Positions 1 to 7,537 of a DNA stretch of 15,917 bases are shown piece by piece. The stretch comes from Candidatus Heimdallarchaeota archaeon (GTDB taxonomy: Archaea; Asgardarchaeota; Heimdallarchaeia; JABLTI01), in the NCBI GenBank assembly GCA_018238155.1, contig JABCTZ010000020.1:1-15917 (forward strand), read 5' to 3'. Numbering within the stretch: the first letter of the stretch is position 1; the number at the start of each line of letters is the position of its first letter. The notes beneath the pieces were generated by a model. That model did no database searches. It saw only the letters and a program-made list of their open reading frames with translations, and was not told the origin of the DNA. The translations under genes were made by a program, and so were the position numbers.

Positions 1-487
1 TTGAACCATTTTCTTGTGCTGAAGTCCAATAAAGAAGCTTTCCTTTCCCTTGTGTGTAGAACAACATCATTCCGAAAGGAAGTAAAGCATTCATACAATT
101 CCGGATGAAGTTTTCAGTTGCTAGTAACTGACGATTGGATGACTCTTGAATAGCTGTTTGCGATTCTTCTTCACTAATATCTGTCCAATCTGGTAAAGAA
201 ATGATCTCTAAAATGGCTATTTGATTATCAGATGGAATGTTTGATTCACTTTGAAAATTTAGATTAGCAGATGTTCTGAATTTATTTTTCCTCTTAATAT
301 AACGAATAGTTAAAACTGATCCTAGAATAAATATCAGGATGATAAAAATCCAAAAAACCCAGGTGAAAAATGATTTGACAGCCGAACCAATTTCTGAAAC
401 TGATATTGAAAAGATAATAACTACCAATACTAATACCGCAATTATCATGAATCCATCTGAACCATTGCTCTCATCAGCCATAGTCAT
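1..487 (-). CDS. Membrane-anchored hypothetical protein, running off the left window edge (3' end missing)
   Basis: Read by hand; not in the ORF track because there is no stop inside the window. ATG at 487 (alternative 481) after GCAGGTTG. Open frame MTMADESNGSDGFMIIAVLVLVVIIFSISV..FFTWVFWIFIILIFILGSVLTIRYIKRKNK.. with two hydrophobic segments, a basic stop-transfer stretch and then a soluble domain. Confidence 0.75.
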   Translation of the reverse strand, partial: MTMADESNGSDGFMIIAVLVLVVIIFSISVSEIGSAVKSFFTWVFWIFIILIFILGSVLTIRYIKRKNKFRTSANLNFQSESNIPSDNQIAILEIISLPDWTDISEEESQTAIQESSNRQLLATENFIRNCMNALLPFGMMLFYTQGKGKLLYWTSAQENGS

Positions 488-600
488 TAGCAACCTGCAA
501 TTAACTTCACACACTGCTATTCTGTTTCCGACGACAAAATAAAAAGACCACAATTGACGGAATGCCGTACAAGTATACATTTTTATAACTTTTATTTGAT

Positions 601-617
601 TAAGATGGTTTTAAATA
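601..617 (+). promoter_or_regulatory. Putative archaeal TATA box (TTTTAAATA, 609-617) for the wHTH/Pycsar gene run
   Basis: TATA-like motif in the divergent intergenic region, upstream of AAGGTG RBS and ATG 681. Confidence 0.45.
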
Positions 618-622
618 CTAAA

Positions 623-670
623 AATGAATAATATACTTAATGAATAATATGATTTATGAATAATAAAGGT
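623..670 (+). repeat. Three direct repeats of ATGAATAATA with exact 16-bp period (operator-like)
   Basis: Exact 10-mers at 624-633, 640-649 and 656-665, between the TATA-like box and the RBS of gene 681. Confidence 0.8.
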
Positions 671-680
671 GCTATTAAAA

Positions 681-1106
681 ATGAGTAATGAAGAAACAAA
701 GAAAAAGAAAGAAATATTGAAGGATATTTTCCTAAAGGAAGAAGATGTATTAGCTAAGTTTGAGAGATTGGTTAAATTATCAACACCCTTTTTAAAAGTT
801 GAAGAAAAAAGTGGACGAGTAGTTTTATCTACTGATTTTGAATTTACTAATTCAGAAAAACTATTCCTGATTCTTTTGGGTAAATACTTTGCCTATCATT
901 ATGATGTAATAAAGGATCAATCTCAATCACTAAATGACCTAAGCTTAGAAATTGGAGGTATACCCGTTACAACATTATCTGCTCCTATAGCTAGATTAGT
1001 TAAAGAAAGAATAGTTAACAAACCCGAAAAAGGAAGCTATATCGTTAATCCCTTTATGATTGAGCGTTTTCTTAAAGAAATTAATAACAAGTATTTAGAA
1101 AAATGA
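681..1106 (+). CDS. Hypothetical winged-helix-like protein
   Basis: ATG 681 preceded by AAGGTG (the track's GTG 669 lies inside the RBS). C-terminal pattern SLNDLSLEIGGIPVTTLSAPIARLVKERIVNKPEKGSYIVN fits HTH + wing. Confidence 0.7.
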   Translation: MSNEETKKKKEILKDIFLKEEDVLAKFERLVKLSTPFLKVEEKSGRVVLSTDFEFTNSEKLFLILLGKYFAYHYDVIKDQSQSLNDLSLEIGGIPVTTLSAPIARLVKERIVNKPEKGSYIVNPFMIERFLKEINNKYLEK

Positions 1107-1107
1107 G

Positions 1108-1608
1108 TTGAATGAGATGAATGAAAAGGGAATTTTGGAGCAACTAAATAACCTGGATAAACGATTAACCTTAATTGAAAATAAAATAAATTTAGTTAAT
1201 ATAAGTCAAATAAATGATGTTGATTTTACCACTCTGGCAGAAATTTCGTCTACAGAAGTTAGTGATTTAAGAAGAATTTTTGACATTTTTAATAGTGAAT
1301 TGAATCTTATAATGTCATTATTTGAGAATGAAAATAATCGAATAAAAATTCAAAATGTTGCTGTAATAGTATTATTATGTTTTAGATATGTCTTAAAGAA
1401 AGAAATTGTACTCTCAAGTGAAATACTACAAATTTTGAAAACTCAAAATATTTCATTATCAAATTATCGAACTTATATGCGCGAAATAAGTTTTGATTTA
1501 ATTGTTGGTGTTGAAGGAGAAATCTCACAAGATTATTCCTATAGACTAACAAATAATGGTGAAAAGAAAGCTATTGATTTAATCTCAAAAATTTTCGGAA
1601 GTGATTAA
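1108..1608 (+). CDS. Hypothetical protein, N-terminal coiled coil + C-terminal wHTH (module A, copy 1)
   Basis: Heptad-like EQLNNLDKRLTLIE; ends YSYRLTNNGEKKAIDLI (Y-x-LT-xx-G wing motif); full-length paralog of 2963..3460. Alternative start ATG 1117. Confidence 0.75.
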   Translation: MNEMNEKGILEQLNNLDKRLTLIENKINLVNISQINDVDFTTLAEISSTEVSDLRRIFDIFNSELNLIMSLFENENNRIKIQNVAVIVLLCFRYVLKKEIVLSSEILQILKTQNISLSNYRTYMREISFDLIVGVEGEISQDYSYRLTNNGEKKAIDLISKIFGSD

Positions 1609-2397
1609 ATGAATTTAGAAGAAATTAGAATAAAATTAGCTAATTTAGATTTATCTAAGTATCCAGATTTTTATGATCTTAAAAAACCATCAGATAAAGC
1701 CCTGTGGATTCTTTACGTATTAAAAGTGGAAGGAATCAGTAGACGATTATCAGCAGATTTCATTGCTAATCTAATTAGGGATGTTATGGAAATTAGCATT
1801 ACATCACAGTCAATCTATAATTCATTTAATCCCTTAATGAAGATCGGTTTAATTCATAAATACGAAATTGATGGTGAAAAATACTATGAGATTATGAAAC
1901 CTGGTAAAGAACACATCATGTCTCTCATAAAAGATGATTTGTTAAATATATTATACTTTCAACCTGGGGAAAGATTTTCATCAAAACGATTATTGTCAAC
2001 TAGAATTCTGGAAGAATGTGTAGGTGATATTTGTATAGTTGATCCCTATATTGGAATAAGAACCTTAGATATAATACGTGGTTTATCTCAAAATGTTAGA
2101 TTTATTACCAAAATATCAAATATCAGAAATCAAAATCAACAAAGCGCAATTACTCGGGAAATTAACGATTTCAAATCTGAATTCCCAAATTATCAGTTTA
2201 GAAGCTACAGGGGAACTGATTTACATGATAGATATATTATTGCCGATAATATACTAATAATCTCCGGTTACAGTTTAAAGGACTTAGGGAAAAAAGAATC
2301 TTTTGCTATTTTTCTAGAAAAGGATAATAATATTGATACAGTAACATCAATAAAAAGTGTATTTGAAACAAAATGGTTGAATTCTACATTAATTTAG
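1609..2397 (+). CDS. wHTH + phospholipase-D-like (HDR-type, MIT_C-like) domain protein
   Basis: N-terminal wHTH ending YYEIMKPGKEHI. C-terminal IVDPY...LHDRYIIAD...SGYSLKDLGKK...FETKW, a variant PLD-superfamily fold lacking canonical HxK. Start abuts the previous stop (TAAATG). Confidence 0.75.
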   Translation: MNLEEIRIKLANLDLSKYPDFYDLKKPSDKALWILYVLKVEGISRRLSADFIANLIRDVMEISITSQSIYNSFNPLMKIGLIHKYEIDGEKYYEIMKPGKEHIMSLIKDDLLNILYFQPGERFSSKRLLSTRILEECVGDICIVDPYIGIRTLDIIRGLSQNVRFITKISNIRNQNQQSAITREINDFKSEFPNYQFRSYRGTDLHDRYIIADNILIISGYSLKDLGKKESFAIFLEKDNNIDTVTSIKSVFETKWLNSTLI

Positions 2398-2412
2398 ATA
2401 AATGATACCCTA

Positions 2413-2465
2413 ATAAAAAGAATTTTATATTTCGGTACTAATATTCCAATAGAAATTGGGGTGAG
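2413..2465 (+). promoter_or_regulatory. Putative internal BRE/TATA (AAAAAGAA-TTTTATAT) and RBS GGGGTGAG
   Basis: Purine run followed by TTTTATAT at 2423-2430; GGGGTGAG at 2458-2465, just upstream of TTG 2470. Confidence 0.45.
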
Positions 2466-2469
2466 TTAA

Positions 2470-2970
2470 TTGGATCTCACAATTGTTAAGGAAAGTATCG
2501 AAGAAACAAATGAAATAATAAAACAAATTGATGATATTGATAGTTCAAAAAAAATGATTGTATGGGGTGTAATACTTAACAATCTATTAATAAAAAAACT
2601 ATTTTTTGAAAAAAACATGAATCTATTAGATATTAGAGATTTGAAGTCTGTTAATATAGCAAATGTATCATTATCGGAGTTCTATAATTTGGTAAATCCG
2701 AATACACATAATGATAGAATTTTATTGTTTGTCTATTGGTTAAAAGGCAACTCAAAGAAAGATCAATTTGAGCCAAAAGACATTGAAGAATGCTACAAGA
2801 AAGCTATAATAAAGTCACCAAAAAATCTGCCTGATTCTATGAGAAAATTAGCGAGTGGAAAAAAAGCTCTACTAATAAGACCGGAGAAAGGAATATATCA
2901 ACTAAGTAATATGGGAATAAATTATGTTAACAGATTGATTTCGAAAAAGGACGATGATTTAAATGACTGA
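2470..2970 (+). CDS. Hypothetical protein with C-terminal wHTH (module B, copy 1)
   Basis: HNDRILLFVYWL..F..KDIEECY..GK.ALLI..KGIYQLSNMG; paralog of 3874..4284; strong RBS. Confidence 0.75.
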   Translation: MDLTIVKESIEETNEIIKQIDDIDSSKKMIVWGVILNNLLIKKLFFEKNMNLLDIRDLKSVNIANVSLSEFYNLVNPNTHNDRILLFVYWLKGNSKKDQFEPKDIEECYKKAIIKSPKNLPDSMRKLASGKKALLIRPEKGIYQLSNMGINYVNRLISKKDDDLND

Positions 2971-3460
2971 AAAGGAAATTGAATTATTAAAAGAACAGAT
3001 GAAAAATCTTGAAAATAGGGTTAGTAAATTAGAAGAATTAACAAATGTAGATTCGAATTTTTTTGTTCATGACATTAATCTTGATAAAATTTGTAAGTCA
3101 AATAGTATTGAAATTTCACATCTTGCTAATATTTTTCACATTGAAAAAGAGGAAATAGTTTTACTAAAATATTCTAATGAAAATGATCTCGAAACATCAA
3201 AAATAACTCAAAATATCAGTTTGTTATTTCTATGGGGATACAAATTCTTGCTTTCGAAAGAAGATATTTCTCCAACATTAATAAAAGAGATGATTGAATA
3301 TCATGGAATTTCAATTCAAAATTTCTCAAAATATATTTCAGAAATTATACCACATTTAGTAATTAGAAAAGGCAGTAGTCCAAAAAATTACTCGTATAAA
3401 TTAACAATTCCAGGTATTGAAAAAGCATCAAAATTAATCAATGAGATTACTAGTGATTAA
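2963..3460 (+). CDS. Hypothetical protein, coiled coil + wHTH (module A, copy 2)
   Basis: EQMKNLENRVSKLE...NYSYKLTIPGIEKASKLI; aligns end to end with 1108..1608; overlaps the previous stop by 8 nt. Confidence 0.75.
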   Translation: MTEKEIELLKEQMKNLENRVSKLEELTNVDSNFFVHDINLDKICKSNSIEISHLANIFHIEKEEIVLLKYSNENDLETSKITQNISLLFLWGYKFLLSKEDISPTLIKEMIEYHGISIQNFSKYISEIIPHLVIRKGSSPKNYSYKLTIPGIEKASKLINEITSD

Positions 3461-3498
3461 GAAATTGAACTTGAATTAAAAGATTAAAGGTTTTAAAT

Positions 3499-4284
3499 AT
3501 GACAAATGTTGAGAATAAGGTATGTTTTGTTTTAATGCCGTTTAAACCGACAGAAATTTTTGATGATGTCTATCTAAAAATAAAAAATATAATTACAAAT
3601 TTTCAAATTAATTGTATCAGAGCAGATGTAATTTTTGGAACAAGAGCAATAATTGAAGATATACAAGAGATGATTAATAATTCTGATTTCTTACTTGCTG
3701 ATCTTACTAATAGAAATCCTAATGTTTTCTATGAATTAGGTTTAGCGCATTCAATATACAAACCAGTAATTCTAATTACTCAGAAATCAGAAGATGTACC
3801 TTTTGATATAAAACACATAAGATATATTAGATATGATTTTTCCGAAGAGGGTTTATAGAAATTAGAAAATGATTTGAATAATACAATACAAGTTGTTTTA
3901 GAAAATATTGATAAAGATGATAGATTTTTTAATTTTTTCACATTCCAAAAAATTAAGAAAAATTCAAAAAATGTTGTCAAGAATTTTCCTTTATTAGATA
4001 TTTTTAAATTACTTGAACCAATAAATCATAATGAATATACCTTATTATTTTCGTATTGGTTAACCTTTAAAAAATCACTAAAGGAATTTGGAACAAAAGA
4101 GATAGAAGAATGTTATAATCAAATCTCATTAAAGCCATCAGCTAATACTTCAACCTATCTAAATAGGCTATCAAATGGAAAAGACGCTCCATTAATAACA
4201 ATCAAAGAAGGTATTTACAAATTAAGTATTTCAGGTATTGATGATGTAGAAAAATGGATTGATAAATCCATTAAAGAGAAATAA
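3499..4284 (+). pseudogene. Nucleoside 2-deoxyribosyltransferase/TIR-like domain fused to wHTH module B (copy 2), interrupted by one in-frame TAG at 3856-3858 (nonsense allele, sequencing error or readthrough)
   Basis: 3499..3858 has CFVLMPF..CIRAD..ADLTNRNPNVFYELGLAH..PFDI. ORF 3874..4284 is in the same frame (offset 375 nt). The join reads YDFSEEGL*KLENDLNNTIQVVL, a continuous amphipathic helix, and no RBS precedes TTG 3874. Confidence 0.7.
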
Positions 4285-4379
4285 GCTTTAGAGTTGATAT
4301 TTTCTCTAATTGGCTATTATACAAAATGTTTTTTTAGTGATTTGACAATATACAATTGAATGGAAAAGGATTGATTGGG

Positions 4380-4880
4380 ATGGTAGAATTCATTATACCT
4401 AAAACATCATTAGATTTAGTAAATAAAATAATGAAAGCTTATTTCATAACTTATTCAGAGGATGGAGTTAAAGCTTTAGATGTTTCCAAAAAAACAGGTT
4501 ATAGTGCAGCTCAAATTTGGAAATCAAATCATTTTCTAATTAATATTGGTTTATTGACAAAGATTAGTAGTAAATTCATTCTTACAACTGAAGGTAAACA
4601 ATATGCTTCTAATTTGATGGATCAAAATGAGGAAGGAGCATATATTATTCTAAAGAGATTGATGCTCAGTTATGAACCAATTGAGTACATTGTAAATTTC
4701 TTTAAATTAGAAGGAAACGTAAGTACTGAAAAATTAAGAAATAGGATAATCGAACTTGCTGAGCTGGATTTAGGTATTAAAGATCATTGTGCAGGTTTAA
4801 AAGGATTAATAGAAATTCTAGTAGCTACAAAGATTATCATAAATATTGATAAAGACAATTTTACATTAGGGGATATATAA
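4380..4880 (+). CDS. Hypothetical winged-helix protein
   Basis: ATG 4380 after AAGGA (track start TTG 4356). DVSKKTGYSAAQIWKSNHFLINIGLL...FILTTEGKQYA fits HTH + wing, followed by a second helical domain. Confidence 0.7.
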   Translation: MVEFIIPKTSLDLVNKIMKAYFITYSEDGVKALDVSKKTGYSAAQIWKSNHFLINIGLLTKISSKFILTTEGKQYASNLMDQNEEGAYIILKRLMLSYEPIEYIVNFFKLEGNVSTEKLRNRIIELAELDLGIKDHCAGLKGLIEILVATKIIINIDKDNFTLGDI

Positions 4881-4881
4881 A

Positions 4882-5430
4882 TTGGAAAAGAGTGATGAAT
4901 TTAAAGAACAATCAATATTGATAGCTTATGAAAATTCACAAAATATGATTGCTTTGGCAGATTCCAAAGCTAATCTCTCTATTACTATTCAAAGTTTATT
5001 GATAACAATTGGACTAGGATCATCACTATTAGCCAATGTTTTTGCTAAATTATGGAATTTTAATAAAACATTGTTTTGGCTCTATTTTGTTTTTACTCTC
5101 ACTTTTACCATTACATCATTAACTGGAGTTATATTTTCTGTTATTGTATATAGAGCAAGATTTCCAAAGGATGAAATTGAAAAAAATAGAAAAGGTTTCC
5201 TGTATCATGATCATATTGCAAAACACGATAATTCAGATGAATTCTTTCGGGAATTTAAAGAAAGGAAAAAAATTGACATTTTGGAAGATTTCACTAAACA
5301 AACCTATAGTGTAGCTAAAATTGCACAGGAGAAAATGAAATACGTAAATTATTCCGTAGGATTTCTGTTTCTAAATATTCTTTTTGCAGTTATACTACTA
5401 GTTCTTAGTGGAGTTTTAGTTATATTGTGA
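4882..5430 (+). CDS. pycTM: Pycsar-type transmembrane effector (PycTM/DUF5706-like)
   Basis: N-terminal IALADSKA motif, two TM helices, soluble loop P...GFLY..HIA, Q.YSVAKIAQEKMKYV and a final TM helix; directly coupled to a class III cyclase. Confidence 0.85.
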   Translation: MEKSDEFKEQSILIAYENSQNMIALADSKANLSITIQSLLITIGLGSSLLANVFAKLWNFNKTLFWLYFVFTLTFTITSLTGVIFSVIVYRARFPKDEIEKNRKGFLYHDHIAKHDNSDEFFREFKERKKIDILEDFTKQTYSVAKIAQEKMKYVNYSVGFLFLNILFAVILLVLSGVLVIL

Positions 5431-6149
5431 GGGATAAAATCATGGTAATTAATAGAATTGAAAATAGAGTTAAGGAATACCTGAAAAATGATTATACTAT
5501 TAAAGAAGAGAAAAACTTGCCAAGAATACATAGTATGCCTTATGGTAAACGATTTGTAAAAACCAAAGTTTGTGCTTTTTACATTGATTTAAGGGATTCA
5601 ACTAGATTCTTATTTGAAGACGGAAAACTAGTTTCTGGTCAAGTACATAAGGCATTTTTGAATGTTGTTTCAGAAGTTATTCATCATTATAATGGCGACA
5701 TTCGAGATTTTCAAGGTGATGGTGTATTAGCCTTTTGGCCAGCAAATTACCAGAGTGAAATAAGTAGTGCAGTTAGAGCTGGTTTTGCATTAAAATGGTT
5801 TTTTAAAGAGAAACTGAAAAGTTATTTTGAACCTTTTGGTGAAATAAGATATGGTATTGGTGTTGATTGGGGAGATATATATGTTCTCAAAGCAGGCATT
5901 ACTGTAAAAGATAATACTAATGATTTAGTCTACATTGGAAAATGTGTTAATTTTGCAGTAGCTATAGCTAATCAACTAAATGATCCAAATAACATGGGAA
6001 TATCGGAATCAGTTTATTCTAATTTAGAAAAAGATAAAATATTTTCGAATAGAAATGATAAAAAAGAGAATAGATGGGAAGATTTTGACATACAATGGAA
6101 AAAAAGAGATTGCACTATAAAAACAACAGGTTGGTTGTGGAGTATATAA
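5427..6149 (+). CDS. pycC: Class III nucleotide cyclase, Pycsar PycC-like
   Basis: Metal-binding Asp motifs FYIDLRDST and FQGDGVLAF; YGIGVDWG, NDLVYIG..VNFA, aromatic C-terminus; GTGA overlap with the effector gene (alternative ATG 5442). Confidence 0.85.
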   Translation: MRDKIMVINRIENRVKEYLKNDYTIKEEKNLPRIHSMPYGKRFVKTKVCAFYIDLRDSTRFLFEDGKLVSGQVHKAFLNVVSEVIHHYNGDIRDFQGDGVLAFWPANYQSEISSAVRAGFALKWFFKEKLKSYFEPFGEIRYGIGVDWGDIYVLKAGITVKDNTNDLVYIGKCVNFAVAIANQLNDPNNMGISESVYSNLEKDKIFSNRNDKKENRWEDFDIQWKKRDCTIKTTGWLWSI

Positions 6150-6222
6150 TTATTATAACTATACAATAGATTTTTCATTTAAAATTTAGACTTGTAGCTA
6201 AATTTATCGAGGTATGAGTAAT

Positions 6223-7470
6223 TTAAGGATTCAATTCTAATTCATCTACATTTATAATTACTTTATAGCTAACAGGTTTCAGAATAATTTTTGAGTTTTT
6301 ATCTTTAAATGGATTGAAAATTGGCCAAATTTTCGGTTTATTGGTTTTCGCTTCAAATACCACATAAATATAATAATTTTCTAATTGTTTTGCTACCTCT
6401 ATTTGGTTGTAAGAAATATTGAATTGGATTTGACTGCTTGGAGATCTCATTGTTGATTTTACTTCAATATATTTCTTTCTTCCATTAAAATCATAGGATA
6501 GTATATCATATCCTAAAGAGTCATCTTCTATTGAGGCTATATTTACTCGTTCTGCTAAATTGCTTTTTCCGTTTTTAATTAGGATATCTCTTTCGTGTTT
6601 TTCAACGATTTTTTCACCTCTAAATCCCAATATTCTTTTTCGTCTATTTTCCTCTTCAAAATCAATTTTCTTAATTTGTCTCGTTTTGCTAGTTTTACCT
6701 TTATCGCTCTCTAAAATTTCAAGCTTAATTATCTCAGGTTTAATTTTTCTTAAATCTGGATAGTCACTACTTAAATCATTATATTCTTGTAGCTCCACTG
6801 GTATATTCTCAGTTTTTCTTGGATCACCTATTTCTGTATACAGAAATTTCATAAACAGATATGTTGACCATTTTTTCATTTCTTCATTATTTCTCTTAAA
6901 TTCCATCAGTAATTCTCTTTTATCTATTTCATCAGCTTCAATATTATAATTGATTCTAAGCATTTCAAGAAAATAATTAAGATGTTCCTTTGTGAAGATA
7001 TTTAAACATTCATCTGGAAAATAAGTGGCTAAAATTTTGCCTTTGAACATGACTGATAGATTTATATCTTTTACTCTTTGTTTATTTCCATCTTGGTGTG
7101 CTAAAAGCAAGTTATGTATCTCTTGTTTTACTTTTTGGAATGCTATTTTATAATCTAAGCTATAATCTTTTGTAGATTCATATCGATTACTTTTATCACT
7201 ATAATATACTTTAAATTTCCATACTGGACCACCTAAGATACTTCCTAGTTCCTTCAACTTTCTTTCCAAAAGATAACAAAAAGATTCATTTGATTTATTT
7301 CCTGTAACGTAACGCTCAATTGAGATATTGAGAATGTCATCCTTTGGAAACAAACGTTCAAATTCCGCTCTATGTTGCTTAAGTTCAGCATCCTTTGCTT
7401 TATACACCTCCATTCTTTTCAGAAAATTCAACAATAAAATTTGTAACTCGACTTTAGTAACCATTCTCAT
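6223..7470 (-). CDS. DUF3883 (NO VEIN C-terminal, PD-(D/E)XK) nuclease with N-terminal putative DNA-recognition domain; type IV restriction-like
   Basis: C-terminal GFRGEKIV..GYDILSY..KKYIEVKST..F.ISYNQ..YYIYVV. N-terminal SFCYLLE..LGSI.GG..KF.VYY resembles N-termini of McrB-like/HNH restriction proteins (from recall). Start ATG 7470 after GAAGGA preferred over TTG 7536. Confidence 0.8.
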   Translation of the reverse strand: MRMVTKVELQILLLNFLKRMEVYKAKDAELKQHRAEFERLFPKDDILNISIERYVTGNKSNESFCYLLERKLKELGSILGGPVWKFKVYYSDKSNRYESTKDYSLDYKIAFQKVKQEIHNLLLAHQDGNKQRVKDINLSVMFKGKILATYFPDECLNIFTKEHLNYFLEMLRINYNIEADEIDKRELLMEFKRNNEEMKKWSTYLFMKFLYTEIGDPRKTENIPVELQEYNDLSSDYPDLRKIKPEIIKLEILESDKGKTSKTRQIKKIDFEEENRRKRILGFRGEKIVEKHERDILIKNGKSNLAERVNIASIEDDSLGYDILSYDFNGRKKYIEVKSTMRSPSSQIQFNISYNQIEVAKQLENYYIYVVFEAKTNKPKIWPIFNPFKDKNSKIILKPVSYKVIINVDELELNP

Positions 7471-7537
7471 AAATCCTTCATATTTTCTTATCTCAATGTT
7501 GTTGTTTATTCCCTTTCCAAAGAAGACATTAATCAAA

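Noticed and set aside
339-542. 67-aa + strand ORF
   Set aside because: Shadow of the minus-strand membrane-protein gene (487 to <1); its Ile/Thr/Asn bias is the antisense of TM codons.
623-670. Repeats as a mini-CRISPR or replication iterons
   Set aside because: 10-bp units with 6-bp spacers are far too short for CRISPR, and there is no cas or rep/orc gene in the window.
3499-3858. Calling the Rossmann domain PycTIR or ThsB
   Set aside because: Motifs (MPF, RAD, NPNVFYELG, PFD) fit the NDT-like group; no cyclic-nucleotide-binding domain as in PycTIR, and no ThsA partner with SLOG/Macro domain.
681-4880. wHTH array as ESCRT-II (Vps22/25/36) or kleisin/Wadjet subunits
   Set aside because: No Snf7/Vps4 or SMC gene nearby, no recognisable family motifs, and the context is defence-like. 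Not formally excluded without a structure search.
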